A stretch of DNA of 64,000 nucleotides from the NCBI GenBank assembly GCA_031263095.1, contig JAISGI010000015.1:12328-76327 (forward strand). The letters are read 5' to 3'. The notes under the pieces are model-generated. The model did no database searches. It had not been told where the DNA came from and saw only the letters and a program-made list of their open reading frames with translations. Source of the stretch: Rickettsiales bacterium. GTDB lineage: Bacteria > Pseudomonadota > Alphaproteobacteria > Rs-D84 > CACZYB01. Both the position numbers and the translations under genes were made by a program. Of this stretch, positions 21,773-32,201 are shown piece by piece (within the stretch, counting starts at the first letter, position 1; every line of letters begins with the position of its first letter).

Positions 21773-22358
21773 CTAGTTCAGCCGATAAATCGCGCTGCCA
21801 AGCCTTGTTCCGTAATGGTATATGTCGTCCTCGGCAAGTCCAGGTGTTCTTACGCCCTTGTCTAGGTATCCCGTGACGCGCGTGCTCTCCGTGGTATAGG
21901 TCGCATGGTCGAAGTCTATCATGGTGCACGATTGGTCGGAATATTGGTTGTACAGTTGATACGATATGTCCCTGTCCGCGACCACCACGCGCGAGTCGTA
22001 CATATTGCCACCGGTATAGTTGTCGAAGCGGTATATTCCCGGCGGCAGGGTTCCTCTAGGTTGAGAGTATTGTCCCTCGGCAAGCGCTTCGCCCGATACG
22101 ACCATAGTCCACCTGGCCTTGTCGGGCGTGCCGATGCATGCTGTCGCCTCCTCAAGCGAAAGAACTTTGCGCGGCGGACATTCGGCCGGAGGATTGGCGT
22201 ATTCGCTTACCGCGCCAGCAGAGCAAAATTTCGCGATTGTGCACGCGCTACAGGTGTAGTAATTAGCAGAGTTTGATTTGTTAGTAGATAATAAGAGAAG
22301 CGCAGTAGCTAAGAATAACTTATTTGCCCCCCCCCGTACGCATATCGTTCCTTGTCAT
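21773..22358 (-). CDS. phase-variable family copy D; C9 on the plus strand at 22327-22335 (ON at 8)
   Basis: The reverse strand reads GGTCAAACCAAAGGAGAAGACCG-ATG ACA AGG AAC GAT ATG CGT ACG-G9. At 8 G it gives MTRNDMRTGGANKLFLATALLLLSTNKSNSANYYTCSACTIAKFCSAGA...CIGTPDKARWTMVVSGE...AIYRLN. The promoter has an extended -10 (TGATATAAT). Confidence 0.8.
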
Positions 22359-22498
22359 CGGTCTTCTCCTTTGGTTTGACCTTTATATTATATCATACTT
22401 TACCCATATAATCAAGGACAATGATAACAAAAAATATTATTGTAATATTTCTAGCGCACCGGGAAATGCTGCAAAAAACCCGGCTGAAAACTGGCTTT

Positions 22499-23185
22499 TC
22501 ACTCTTTCAGGAATTCGCTTTCCATGCTTTCAAGCTGCTTGAGTTGCCGTTCCAGGTCGCGCACTTCGGAGGCTTTATAGCCATCCTCGTCCGCCGAGGT
22601 CGCATCCTCTAGGGGCGCCACATCCGGGCGGTTCAGGCTTTCGAATTTAAGCTCGGATTCCGAGATATTGCTGTGGACAAGCTCGTGCACCGGCTTGAAA
22701 GCCCCGTCGTCCGGAAGCAGCATGGCTACGAACAGCGCACTCGAGCGAAGCACCGGCTTTGATTTCGCCTGCTGAACCCAATCGGGACGCTCGGCCGGGT
22801 TGGGCATGAACCACAGTATCCCAATATACACCGCCGCCATAAGCAATATGCCCCTCATTATCCCGAACAGGAAGCCAAGGGACTTGTCTATGCCGTCGAA
22901 GCTCGTCTCGCGCAGGCGGGTACCGGACCAGTGGCCGATGAAGCTCAGAAGCATTATCACGATAACGAAGACCGATATATATGACGCTATGCTGACCAGC
23001 ATTGCGCTGTGCCCGAAGACTCCGGCGAACATCGGCTCGGCCATTGGAGAGAACGCCTTGGCAAGCAGGGCGGCGGCTATCCACGATACAACCGAAAGCA
23101 CGCCGGCGATGAAGCCTCCGCTATAGCCGAATACTGCGGACGCAGCCACCATCGCTATAAATATGAAGTCCATAAGCGTCAGCAT
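22499..23185 (-). CDS. cvpA: CvpA-family membrane protein (colicin V production protein homolog)
   Basis: Four TM helices at the N-terminus with a charged C-terminal tail; typical CvpA architecture. Confidence 0.65.
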   Translation of the reverse strand: MLTLMDFIFIAMVAASAVFGYSGGFIAGVLSVVSWIAAALLAKAFSPMAEPMFAGVFGHSAMLVSIASYISVFVIVIMLLSFIGHWSGTRLRETSFDGIDKSLGFLFGIMRGILLMAAVYIGILWFMPNPAERPDWVQQAKSKPVLRSSALFVAMLLPDDGAFKPVHELVHSNISESELKFESLNRPDVAPLEDATSADEDGYKASEVRDLERQLKQLESMESEFLKE

Positions 23186-23299
23186 AGTATCCTTAGTATA
23201 CCATACCAGGCAGGCAAAATCAAGGGATGGTTTATTTACTGATTGACTGGTTTAGGGATTTGTAGTATAATAGGAGTGTCAAACCAAAGGAGAAGACCG

Positions 23300-23895
23300 A
23301 TGACAAGGAACTATAAACGTACGGGGGGGGGCAAAAGGCTAAATACCTAGCATTCGCGCTTCTCTTACTATCTGCCAATAACTCTCAATCAGCAAACTAC
23401 TACACCTGCTCGGCATGTGCTGTGCCTGAACTATGCAAAGCAGGCGCAGGCACGGACTTTGACAAGTACAACGCCCCACTCACACTTGCCGAGGCTACCG
23501 CCGCCATAGGAACGCCCGCAAAATCCCGTTGGACGCTTGTCGATTCATTCGAGGAATATGGAAGCAAGCCTGGCACTCTGTCGCCGGGACTATATAGAGT
23601 CGACGCCTCGGGCATCACAAGCGTCGGCTGCCTAAGAATATCGCAAACCGTGGCCATGTCCAAGGATACCGGATACATTATGAGGAGCAGCTCGCTCCCC
23701 GCCGAGGGGAATTGCGCAGGCTGCGCCGGAGTTGTATTCGACAGCAACAATGCAACATACTCGAGCGTTTCATACACGGTAGTGGCTCAAAATAGTACGG
23801 CCTACTCGCAAAGCTACACTCCTGGTATAACCCAAGATGACTTCGCGCCAGCCGATTGCTCCACTCACAAAACGGCGATTTATAGATTAAATTAA
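23300..23895 (+). CDS. phase-variable family copy E; G9 at 23323-23331 (ON at 10 G)
   Basis: Leader GTCAAACCAAAGGAGAAGACCG-ATG. At 9 G it stops at TAG. At 10 G it reads MTRNYKRTGGGQKAKYLAFALLLLSANNSQSANYYTCSACAVPELCKAGAGTDFDKYNAPLTLAEATAAIGTPAKSRWTLVD...TAIYRLN. The promoter has TGTAGTATAAT. Confidence 0.8.
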
Positions 23896-23917
23896 AATAT
23901 TTTTTGTTATTATTATA

Positions 23918-23967
23918 CCTGTGGTAAGCGGGAGATAACTTGAAAAGTTATCCTCGCTTTCCACAGG
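23918..23967. repeat. REP-like palindrome
   Basis: CCTGTGGtaagcgggagataacttgaaaagttatcctcgctttCCACAGG. Confidence 0.6.
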
Positions 23968-23970
23968 CCT

Positions 23971-24675
23971 CTAACGCAACTGTAACTTCTCCGCCATGAA
24001 ATCCATAAGGCTATAACTCTTGCCGTCAAGCGACACCTGCTTAGCCTCCGCATAGCGGCTGATTGCGACGAAGTACAATATTTCGGCTTTCTTGAACCGG
24101 TACGCCTGCACGGTTTTAAGGTCGGCCCGACCCTTTGCACGCGCGAGGAAATCCTCGATTGCGCCGCATGGCGCCACAAGGAAAGCCCTTTTCTCCGCTA
24201 CTTCAACCATGGCCTCATCGACGCGCGCCACACCCGCCGCACCCGCGTCAAGCGGTAGTTTTACGCCAATAAGCGCAAGCGGCCGCATTGTCTTGGCAAG
24301 CGCGAAAGCCATCTCGTCCGGACTCGCCGCCTTGCGCCGTGCGCCCTCGACCGCTATGCACAAAAAGTCGCGACCCGCCGGCACGGGGATAAAGTCAAGC
24401 CGGTCAAGGACTTTCTCGTCGAACGTCGCGCCAAAGAATATATCCACGTTCGTATTCCCTTTCGGGTCGTATATCATCGCGGACTGCAACGCGCTGTTGT
24501 ATGAATCCGCAGGCACCGAACGAACGCTTGCGTCCGTCCCGTCGAAGATTTTCTCCATAGCCGACTTGGCCACAGCCGCCAAATACGGCGGGGCGACATA
24601 ACGCAAAGTCTCGCCCGCGAACACAGGCAAACCGGCAAGCAGCAGAAATATAAATAACTTTCTCAAACCCCTCAA
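23971..24675 (-). CDS. periplasmic hypothetical protein (possibly a substrate-binding-like fold)
   Basis: Signal peptide MRGLRKLFIFLLLAGLPVFAGE. No firm motif. Confidence 0.35.
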   Translation of the reverse strand: MRGLRKLFIFLLLAGLPVFAGETLRYVAPPYLAAVAKSAMEKIFDGTDASVRSVPADSYNSALQSAMIYDPKGNTNVDIFFGATFDEKVLDRLDFIPVPAGRDFLCIAVEGARRKAASPDEMAFALAKTMRPLALIGVKLPLDAGAAGVARVDEAMVEVAEKRAFLVAPCGAIEDFLARAKGRADLKTVQAYRFKKAEILYFVAISRYAEAKQVSLDGKSYSLMDFMAEKLQLR

Positions 24676-24682
24676 ACCTCCA

Positions 24683-25783
24683 TTATCCGTCCTCGCGGTA
24701 CAAAAACACCGTCGCGCACGTAAGTATCACGGTAATCGGGACAAGCAGGCTCGAGCCAAGCAGAGGCAGCCGCCCCGCCGCACCCATCGCGCGTACAATC
24801 TGGTCGAGGAAGAATGCCCCAAACCCAATCATCACCCCGGCCGAAAGCTTGAGGACAAGGTTCTTCTGGTCTCGCGACGGCGAAATCGAGAACAACGCCG
24901 ATATGAACAACATCGCCGAGAGTATAAGCGGCATGAATAAAAGGGTATAGAAGTAAAGCCTGTGATTCTTGGCCGAAAACCCCGACGCTTCGAAGAACTT
25001 GATGAACCCCGGCAGCTCCCAGAACGAGAACGCATCCGGCTCGGACGAGTTTTCCTCGATTTTCTCGCCCGATAACGATGTCGGATACTCGTACGTGGCA
25101 AAGCTCTCCTCGCGCAGCTGCGGATCTATCATCTTCACGTCCGTCATTTGCAGGCTGTGGTTTTCAAGCGTGGCCGAGCGCGCCTCTATCCGACGCAGGA
25201 AGTTGCTCTCAAGGTCGGTCGTGAATATGCTGACATTCTCGGCTTTAAGGGTCTGCCCCTCCTTGACCACGCGCCCTGCGTAAAGGAAACTTTGCGTCAG
25301 GTCGGTCTTTTCTTTAAGCCAAAGTCCGTTTTGCGAGAACAACATCGGATTCCTGCGCGAGAGCGAGTGGCGGTACTTGAGCTTGTTTATCCGCGTGTCC
25401 ATGGCCGCGTTGATAGGACTCAAGATTGTCATGTCCAAAATGCCGATAAGTACGCATGCACCTATCATTGGGGCTAAAAACCCCCACACGGACACGCCCG
25501 CTCCACGGATGACCGTAAGCTCGCTCGACCGCGACAGCCGCCAGAACGCCAAGCTCCCGGCCAAAAGGACAGAAAGCGGCAAAGTGGTCGTAAGCGTACG
25601 CAGTATCTCGAGGAACGCAAGCTGCGCCACAACCCTGAACGGCACCTGCGCGCCGGTCGCGGCCATCGACTTGATTATCGAGAATAAAAGGATTATCCCC
25701 GCTATGCAGAAGAATACAAGGCCGAACGCGCGAAAGAAATGCGCGGCCAGGAATCTGTCGAGTATTCTGTGCTTCAGCCTCAT
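24683..25783 (-). CDS. LptF/LptG-family LPS export permease
   Basis: YjgP/YjgQ architecture (N-terminal TM helices, a periplasmic beta-jellyroll, C-terminal TM helices), beginning MRLKHRILDRFLAAHFFRAF. Confidence 0.7.
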   Translation of the reverse strand: MRLKHRILDRFLAAHFFRAFGLVFFCIAGIILLFSIIKSMAATGAQVPFRVVAQLAFLEILRTLTTTLPLSVLLAGSLAFWRLSRSSELTVIRGAGVSVWGFLAPMIGACVLIGILDMTILSPINAAMDTRINKLKYRHSLSRRNPMLFSQNGLWLKEKTDLTQSFLYAGRVVKEGQTLKAENVSIFTTDLESNFLRRIEARSATLENHSLQMTDVKMIDPQLREESFATYEYPTSLSGEKIEENSSEPDAFSFWELPGFIKFFEASGFSAKNHRLYFYTLLFMPLILSAMLFISALFSISPSRDQKNLVLKLSAGVMIGFGAFFLDQIVRAMGAAGRLPLLGSSLLVPITVILTCATVFLYREDG

Positions 25784-25886
25784 GGATGGTATTATAATCG
25801 AACGCGCAACTCTTTCAACTCTTTTGTTGTTTTCTCTGTTGAGTCATGATATTATGATATAGTCTAAACAAAAGGAGAAGACAACG

Positions 25887-26446
25887 ATGAATATGAACGA
25901 AAAGCGTACGGGGGGGGGCGGAAGGCTAAGTATATAGCGACAGCGCTTCTCCTGATAGCCACTAACAACTCTCAATCTGCTAATTATTACACCTGCACCG
26001 CTTGCCCGGTACCGGGAACTTGCCCCGCCGGAAGCGTCAGGGATTGTCCCCTGAACCGCCACACATCTGCCGAAGAAGGCCTTGCCTGCGTCGGCGCGAA
26101 TCCGACATGGACGCTTGTCGATTCCATAAGCGGGTGCGGGCAGTCCGCTCAAAGCAAAAGTGTGCCCCTCCAACCGGGAGTATATAGGATAGAGGCTTGG
26201 CGTGCCGAGGGCTGGGGTTCTACCTTGGTTGCAATCGACCACACCCAAGACGCATTCCTGCAGTCCGACGGTGGAGGGCAGAAGTGGACTCTTGCTAACT
26301 TGGGCGACGCGAACGTATATCATGGAGGCGACGGCGGAGTAGGTTTCAATAGGTGGTTCTGGCATGACGGCCAATTCGCACCCGGCGCGCCTGCATCAAA
26401 CCAAATCCAAACCCCTTGCTCCGCAAGCGTGTATAAGCTGCAATAA
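25887..26446 (+). CDS. phase-variable family copy F; G9 at 25910-25918 (ON at 10 G)
   Basis: Leader GTCTAAACAAAAGGAGAAGACAACG-ATG AAT ATG AAC GAA AAG CGT ACG-G9-CGGAAGGCTAAG. At 10 G it reads MNMNEKRTGGGRKAKYIATALLLIATNNSQSANYYTCTACPVPGTCPAGSVRDCPLNRHTSAEEGLACVGANPTWTLVDS...SVYKLQ. Confidence 0.8.
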
Positions 26447-26477
26447 TATTTAATATTTTCTTTTTTATTATTGTTTT

Positions 26478-26527
26478 CCTGTGGTAAGCGGGAGATAACT
26501 TGAAAAGTTATCCTCGCTTTCCACAGG
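26478..26527. repeat. REP-like palindrome
   Basis: CCTGTGGtaagcgggagataacttgaaaagttatcctcgctttCCACAGG, identical in core to 23918 and 41501. Confidence 0.6.
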
Positions 26528-26544
26528 CTACTGAAACAAGCTGC

Positions 26545-26997
26545 TTACTTGTAAATCTTTTCCCGATTCTCGTGCTCTTCCTGCGCCTCGACGGAAAGCT
26601 TGGCCACCGGCCGCGCCTCAAGCCTCGCAAGGCCGATAGGCTCGCCAGTAATCTCGCAGTAGCCGAAAGTCCCGTCCTGTATGCGCAGCAGGGCGGCGTC
26701 GATTTGAGCGATAAGCTTGCGCTCCCGGTCGCGCGCGCGAAGCTCGAGCTGCTTTATGGCCTCGTCGTTCGCGCGGTCTACGTCATCCCCGGCCGAGCCG
26801 TACGTGTCCGCCGTCTCCTCGACTATTTCCTTGAGCGTGTCCTCCGACTCTTTCATCAGGTCGGCTTTCCAAGCGAGGAGCTTGCGCCGGAAATACTCCA
26901 GCTGCATGGGGTTCATATACTCCTCTTTTTTAGAGGGTTTGTATCCTTTCGGCAGGTCTATTTCAGGAAGTGCTTTCCCGTGCGCTCCGGTCATCAT
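26545..26997 (-). CDS. dksA: RNA polymerase-binding transcription factor DksA
   Basis: Coiled-coil with acidic tip residues and a C4 zinc finger (CEITGEPIGLARLEARPVAKLSVEAQE). Confidence 0.85.
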   Translation of the reverse strand: MMTGAHGKALPEIDLPKGYKPSKKEEYMNPMQLEYFRRKLLAWKADLMKESEDTLKEIVEETADTYGSAGDDVDRANDEAIKQLELRARDRERKLIAQIDAALLRIQDGTFGYCEITGEPIGLARLEARPVAKLSVEAQEEHENREKIYK

Positions 26998-27012
26998 CGT
27001 TTTCTCCTATGC

Positions 27013-27357
27013 TTATATGTGCTTCTTTATGAACTCGATGAGCGAGGTTTTGCCCATGGCGCCGCTGTGCCGGGCCAGGATCTCGCCATTCTTGAATAGT
27101 ATGGCGGTCGGAATTCCGGTTATGCCGAAACGGGCGGGAAGATCCGGCTCCTCGTCGACATTGACCTTGAAGAAGTCGCAGGAATCGCCCATTTCGCCCG
27201 ATACTTCCTCGACGATAGGCAGGAATTGGCGGCAAGGCCCGCACCACTGGGCCCAAAAATCCACGAACACCGGCTTCTCGCCTTGAATGGTTTTGTCGAA
27301 GTTTTCTTGGGTCAAGCTAGTGAATGCCATATTTTTTCTCCTTGTCAAATCCAGCAC
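27013..27357 (-). CDS. trxA: thioredoxin
   Basis: WCGPC active site; 114 aa. Confidence 0.85.
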   Translation of the reverse strand: MLDLTRRKNMAFTSLTQENFDKTIQGEKPVFVDFWAQWCGPCRQFLPIVEEVSGEMGDSCDFFKVNVDEEPDLPARFGITGIPTAILFKNGEILARHSGAMGKTSLIEFIKKHI

Positions 27358-27388
27358 TACAATATAGTATTAAAAGCAGGAAAAAGCA

Positions 27389-28570
27389 ATGAAAAATAAA
27401 CTAAAGGATTCTTTCCCGATTTTCGCCGCCAATGCGGATCTGGTCTATCTTGACAGCGGGGCAAGTGCGCACAAGCCCGCCTCCATGATAGATGGGATGA
27501 TGGATTTCCTCGCGCGCGATTACGCCAACATCCACCGCGGCCTGTACCCGCTTGCCGAAAGGGCGACCGCCGCCTACGATTCGGCCCGCGCCAAGGTCGC
27601 AAGGTTCCTGAACGCAGATGTCGGCGAAGTTGTCTTTACCCGCAGCACTACCGACGGCATAAATCTTCTGGCCACGGTTTTCGGCCGTTCCTTGACATCG
27701 GAGGACGAGGTTTTCATATCCGCATCCGAACACCATTCCAACCTGCTTCCATGGCAAAACACGCCTGCCAAGCTAAGAATAATCCCTGTGCTGCCTGATT
27801 GTTCGCTCGACTTGGACTGGCTGGCGGCAAATATAGGTCCGCACGCGAAAATCGTCTCCATAACCGGACAAAGCAACGTGCTTGGATTGCAGACGGATAT
27901 AGGCGCGGCTGCGGCTATAGTTCACTCCGTCGGCGCAAAAATCATCATCGACGCAGCCCAGCTTGCCGTACATGCGAGTATTGACGTCAAGGCCCTGGAC
28001 ATCGACTTTCTGGCTTTCTCCGGGCACAAGGTTTATGGCCCGACCGGCATAGGCGTTCTGTATGGTAAAAGGGCATTGTTGGAGGCTCTTCCGCCATACC
28101 AGTATGGCGGCGATATGGTCGAATCCTGTACGCTTGAAAGGGCAAGATTCATGCCACCACCGCAAAGGTTCGAGGCCGGAACACCCCCGCTTGCCGAGGC
28201 TGTCGGCCTTGGTTTGGCAATCGACTTTATGGAAAGTGTAGGGCTCGAAAATATCGCCCGCGAATCTCTGAACTTGACCCATTATGCAATCAAAAAATTG
28301 GCCGAAATCCATGGTTGCAGGTTGATAAGCTCGCCAATCGCGAACGGTACCGTTTCATTCTCCATAGAGGGCGTCTCGCCGTTCGACGTGGCCGCGATTC
28401 TGGGCAAAAAAAATATCTGCGTTCGCGCCGGATTCCACTGCGCCGAGCCATTGCACAAGGCGCTCGGACTGCCCGGCTCGCTCCGCGTCTCGCTCGGGGT
28501 CTATAACGATTCGGACGACATCGATAAATTCATCGAAGCGCTTAAAAAGGTGGTAAAAATCCTTAAATGA
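27389..28570 (+). CDS. sufS: cysteine desulfurase (SufS/CsdA-type class V aminotransferase)
   Basis: PLP-lysine region (FLAFSGHKVYGPTGIGVLY) and a C-terminal active-site cysteine (RAGFHCAEP). Confidence 0.8.
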   Translation: MKNKLKDSFPIFAANADLVYLDSGASAHKPASMIDGMMDFLARDYANIHRGLYPLAERATAAYDSARAKVARFLNADVGEVVFTRSTTDGINLLATVFGRSLTSEDEVFISASEHHSNLLPWQNTPAKLRIIPVLPDCSLDLDWLAANIGPHAKIVSITGQSNVLGLQTDIGAAAAIVHSVGAKIIIDAAQLAVHASIDVKALDIDFLAFSGHKVYGPTGIGVLYGKRALLEALPPYQYGGDMVESCTLERARFMPPPQRFEAGTPPLAEAVGLGLAIDFMESVGLENIARESLNLTHYAIKKLAEIHGCRLISSPIANGTVSFSIEGVSPFDVAAILGKKNICVRAGFHCAEPLHKALGLPGSLRVSLGVYNDSDDIDKFIEALKKVVKILK

Positions 28571-28977
28571 TCACCGATAAAATAATTTTGGACGGCGACA
28601 TAGTCGAACTTCCCGACATCACGGCGACCGCGGGAAATCCTCTGTCCGCAGGGCAAAAACCGCTCAGGGACAAGGAAACCATAATCGAAGCGATAAAGCT
28701 TGTCCTCGACCCTGACGTGCATATCGACGTCTATAACCTCGGGCTTATTTATAGCATAGACTTGCTTGACAACGGCGATGTCATGATAGACATGACGCTT
28801 ACCTCGCCGACCTGTCCGATGGCCGAGGAGATGCCGCAAATGGTAGCCGATTCGGTCGCCCGTCTTGGTGGGGTGGGGCGCGTGGAGGCAAGGCTTGTCT
28901 GGAGTCCTGCATGGACGCTCTCCATGCTCTCGGACGAGGCGAAATACCAACTTGAAATAGGAGATTTAGAACTATGA
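28567..28977 (+). CDS. SUF-system Fe-S assembly protein (DUF59/MIP18 family)
   Basis: Conserved ...VYNLGLIYSIDL...TLTSPTCP motif. It overlaps the sufS stop. Confidence 0.7.
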   Translation: MITDKIILDGDIVELPDITATAGNPLSAGQKPLRDKETIIEAIKLVLDPDVHIDVYNLGLIYSIDLLDNGDVMIDMTLTSPTCPMAEEMPQMVADSVARLGGVGRVEARLVWSPAWTLSMLSDEAKYQLEIGDLEL

Positions 28978-29876
28978 AATACTACATCGACATAGGCTCG
29001 TCCACGGTCAAGACATACCGGTACGATGACGGCAAGCTTGATTTGGTGGATGAAAACTCGCTTCATATGAAGCTCGGCTTCACGCCCGGCACCGGTCTGT
29101 CGGACGATCGTCTAGCCTCGCTTTTCAGCCATTTCGAAAGGATAAAGGCTGAATTCGGCCTCTCCCGAGATAATACAAGCACATACGCCACCGGCGTCTT
29201 TCGCGATATTCCAGAAGAACAAAAGGTCTGGATACAGCAGAAATTCGTGGACGAACTTGGCTTGGACTTCAATATAATAAGCCACGAGCAGGAGGGATAT
29301 TACCTCAAGAAAGCGACCGAGCTTGACTACGGCGCCAAGAAGGTCATGATTGTGAACATGGGCGGCAAGACTACCGAAATAGTGACCGTCGCCCGCGACA
29401 GCTCTACGCAAACACAGCTTATAAACCTCGGTGCCGCGGACTTGACCGCCGCTTTCCTGCCCAGGGTGAACGAACCATACTCCGGCGCAAGCATAGAGGA
29501 AATGGAGGCTTTCGTCGCGAACGCGATAAGGGAGGTCGAATTCGACAGGGACTATGACTTCGCGCTTTTTACGGGCGAGCTTAGGGCCGAACGACTGGTC
29601 GGCTACCCGATGGAAAAGAACACGATGTTTGCCGACGCCAACCACCCGTTTCAGGAGAGTTTGGAGGATTTCATCGAGGGCACCCGCCGCATGTTTTTCG
29701 ACATGAAGTACGAGGAGCTTGAGCAACTGACTCCGCACAATCCGAAATGGTGGGTCGGCGGCCGCGCCGGTGCAGTTCTGCCGCTTGCGATTTTCAGGAA
29801 AGCGGATATAAAGGTCATCGTGCCAAGCGACCTGAACCTCATAAACGGCGTCATCAACGACGAAAATAATAAATAA
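28974..29876 (+). CDS. hypothetical protein with an ASKHA/actin-like ATPase N-terminus (Ppx/GppA-like?)
   Basis: MKYYIDIGSSTVKTY phosphate-1 motif. Its stop codon TAA is the first 3 nt of the TAAAATTATTACAAT motif. Confidence 0.35.
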   Translation: MKYYIDIGSSTVKTYRYDDGKLDLVDENSLHMKLGFTPGTGLSDDRLASLFSHFERIKAEFGLSRDNTSTYATGVFRDIPEEQKVWIQQKFVDELGLDFNIISHEQEGYYLKKATELDYGAKKVMIVNMGGKTTEIVTVARDSSTQTQLINLGAADLTAAFLPRVNEPYSGASIEEMEAFVANAIREVEFDRDYDFALFTGELRAERLVGYPMEKNTMFADANHPFQESLEDFIEGTRRMFFDMKYEELEQLTPHNPKWWVGGRAGAVLPLAIFRKADIKVIVPSDLNLINGVINDENNK

Positions 29877-29902
29877 AATTATTACAATCTTTTGTTATTA
29901 TC

Positions 29903-29954
29903 CCTGTGGAATCCGGAAATTATTTGCTGCGCAAATTATTCTGGATTCCACAGG
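29903..29954. repeat. REP-like palindrome (variant core)
   Basis: CCTGTGGaatccggaaattatttgctgcgcaaattattctggattCCACAGG. The centre differs from other copies but is still self-complementary. Confidence 0.6.
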
Positions 29955-30000
29955 GCACATGTGATATAATCATAAAGTCTAACCAAAGGAGAAGACGACA

Positions 30001-30551
30001 ATGAATAAGAACGTATTACGTACGGGGGGGGGCAAAAGGCTAAATACATAGCATTCGCACTTCTCTTACTATCTGCCAACAACTCTCAATCTTCAAATTA
30101 TTACACTTGTACCGCATGCGCCTTACCAGGGGCTTGTCAGGCCGGAGCCACGCAAGACTGCAAATACAATGCAACCTTGAGCCTAGCAGAAGCGACCGCT
30201 TGCATAAGCGTTCCCGTTCAAGCCGACTGGGAGCTTGTCCGCTCGCAAGGCGATACACAGGAAACTTTCCAGCTCGCCGCGGGAGTATATAGGATAGACG
30301 CGAGAAGAGACGTCGAGACATGCCAATACGGGTACACTCCGACAAGTTATGTATTCGTCCTGGCCGAGCCGATGTACGTTTCAAGCGCCAATGTATGTAC
30401 GAATGGAGCCATAAGGTTTTACAAGTCGGCGCCGCCGGCCACTGAAGTATTCGCCATACACGCTTATTCAACCATATCGACTCCGGGCATAACCGCGGCG
30501 GATTTGTCATACCTTGAAAACGCTTCGCGCAAGTTTTATAAGTTGAAGTAG
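30001..30551 (+). CDS. phase-variable family copy G; G9 at 30024-30032 (ON at 10 G)
   Basis: Leader GTCTAACCAAAGGAGAAGACGACA-ATG. At 10 G it reads MNKNVLRTGGGQKAKYIAFALLLLSANNSQSSNYYTCTACALPGACQAGATQDCKYNATLSLAEATACISVP...KFYKLK. The promoter has TGTGATATAAT. Confidence 0.8.
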
Positions 30552-30562
30552 CATTCGGGAGT

Positions 30563-30608
30563 CCTGTGGAAAGGTGTGCAATCTAAAAGTTGTGCACGGT
30601 TCCACAGG
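30563..30608. repeat. REP-like palindrome (variant core)
   Basis: CCTGTGGaaaggtgtgcaatctaaaagttgtgcacggttCCACAGG. Confidence 0.6.
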
Positions 30609-30613
30609 TTTCT

Positions 30614-31483
30614 CTAATGCTTCATTTTCCCAAGCGGATGTCCGGCCTCGACCGCCTCGCGCAGATGTTCGGGCAGTATGTGGGTATAGATCTGCGTGGT
30701 CGAAATGTCGCTGTGCCCAAGCATGGCTTGCACTGCGCGCAGATCGCTTCCGCCCGCAAGCACATGCGATGCGAACGAGTGTCGAAACACGTGCGGCGAC
30801 ACCCGCGCGGGGTCAAGGCCGGCCGAAACGGCCGTGTCTTTCAACTCCTTGAGAAACGCGTTCCGCGTCAGGTGTCTGCTTGCGCCCTTGCCGGGAAAGA
30901 GGAACTTCGACCCCTCCGGCTTCCTGAATACCATCCATTTGCCAAGCTTTTCCATAATGCGACGGTTCAGGGGGACAAGCCGCTCTTTGCTGCCTTTGCC
31001 CATTACGCTAAGCGTCTCGCCCTTTATAATAGATGCAAGCGGCAGGCTGACAAGCTCGGACACCCGGAGCCCGGTTCCGTATAGAAGCTCAAGCATGAAG
31101 TCAAGCCTGACGCCTATCGCTGCTCCACGCTTTTCCGCCGATTCGATAAGCTTGTCCACCTCCGAGGGAGATAGGTATTTCGGAAGCGGACGTCCCGCCT
31201 TCGGCGGATACACGCCATCCGCTGGATTGGCCACAATCGCCCGCGACTCGAGCAGGAACTTGAAATAGCCTTTAAGCGCGGAAAGCTTCCTCGCCTGCGA
31301 CCGCGCCGCAATGCCCCGACCGGCAAGCATGCCAAGCCACGCTTTCACATCCTCGGTCGTCGCGGCCGTTGCGCCTCCAGCCACGGTTTTCTCGAATTCC
31401 TCAAGGTCGCGCCCGTACGCCGCGCATGTGGCAAGCGAAGCGCCCCTCTCCGCCATCATCATTTCAAGGAACTGCTTTATCAT
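30614..31483 (-). CDS. xerD: tyrosine recombinase XerD/XerC
   Basis: R...HxxR...Y catalytic pattern (VFRHSFASHVLAGGSDLRAVQAMLGHSDISTTQIYTHI). Confidence 0.8.
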   Translation of the reverse strand: MIKQFLEMMMAERGASLATCAAYGRDLEEFEKTVAGGATAATTEDVKAWLGMLAGRGIAARSQARKLSALKGYFKFLLESRAIVANPADGVYPPKAGRPLPKYLSPSEVDKLIESAEKRGAAIGVRLDFMLELLYGTGLRVSELVSLPLASIIKGETLSVMGKGSKERLVPLNRRIMEKLGKWMVFRKPEGSKFLFPGKGASRHLTRNAFLKELKDTAVSAGLDPARVSPHVFRHSFASHVLAGGSDLRAVQAMLGHSDISTTQIYTHILPEHLREAVEAGHPLGKMKH

Positions 31484-31522
31484 GGTTGCATTATACCATA
31501 TTTCCTGTATAATTGAAAGGTT

Positions 31523-32056
31523 ATGTACGAGAAATCGAAATCACCAAAATGCGACTTTCCCGGGTGCAAGGAGGAGGGGCTCCACCGCGCGCCCAAGGAC
31601 AGGAACTTGAAGGAGTATTATAGCTTCTGCCAAAAGCACGCGGCCGAATATAACAAGTCGTGGAACTATTGCGACGGCATGTCCGCGGACGAGATAGAGT
31701 GCGAAATAAGGGCGGACGAAATCTGGCGCTCGCAGACTTTCCGCTTCGGCCTGAACCTGGGGCAAATGCTAAAGGACGGGCATATCGACGACCCGCTGGG
31801 CTTGTTCGAGGGCTTGATGGGCCATGCCGCTCCAGCCGCGGGAAAACCTGCTCTTGCGCCCGCGTTGACCCCGGCACAAAGAGAGGCGTTGAAGACCTTG
31901 TGTCTAGAGTATCCTTTTACCGCCTCGACGCTGAAATCGGCATATAAGAAACAGGTAAAAATCCACCACCCGGATCTGAACGCCGGCTCCAAGGAGTCCG
32001 AGGAGCGCTTCAAATCCGCCGTCGCAGCATATAATTTGTTGAAACAGTCATTGTAG
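31523..32056 (+). CDS. J-domain (DnaJ-like) protein
   Basis: C-terminal J domain with an HPD motif (YKKQVKIHHPDLNAG) and an N-terminal CxxC/H-rich region. Confidence 0.55.
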   Translation: MYEKSKSPKCDFPGCKEEGLHRAPKDRNLKEYYSFCQKHAAEYNKSWNYCDGMSADEIECEIRADEIWRSQTFRFGLNLGQMLKDGHIDDPLGLFEGLMGHAAPAAGKPALAPALTPAQREALKTLCLEYPFTASTLKSAYKKQVKIHHPDLNAGSKESEERFKSAVAAYNLLKQSL

Positions 32057-32103
32057 CATTTCCCGTCGTGCTAGAAATATTACATATATTTTCTGTTATT
32101 ATC

Positions 32104-32154
32104 CCTGTGGAATCCGGAAATTATTTGCGAAGCAAATTATTCTGGATTCACAGG
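32104..32154. repeat. REP-like palindrome, preceded by CTAGAAATATTACAT (32068-32082)
   Basis: CCTGTGGaatccggaaattatttgcgaagcaaattattctggattCACAGG. Confidence 0.6.
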
Positions 32155-32201
32155 ACACATGTGATATAATCATAAAGTCTAACCAAAGGAGAAAGACGAC
32201 A

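Noticed and set aside
30614-31483. XerD as a cassette integrase or evidence of an integron or genomic island.
   Set aside because: The sequence matches chromosomal dimer-resolution XerC/D. It is not adjacent to attI/attC-like sites and has no cassette array structure. It is probably housekeeping.
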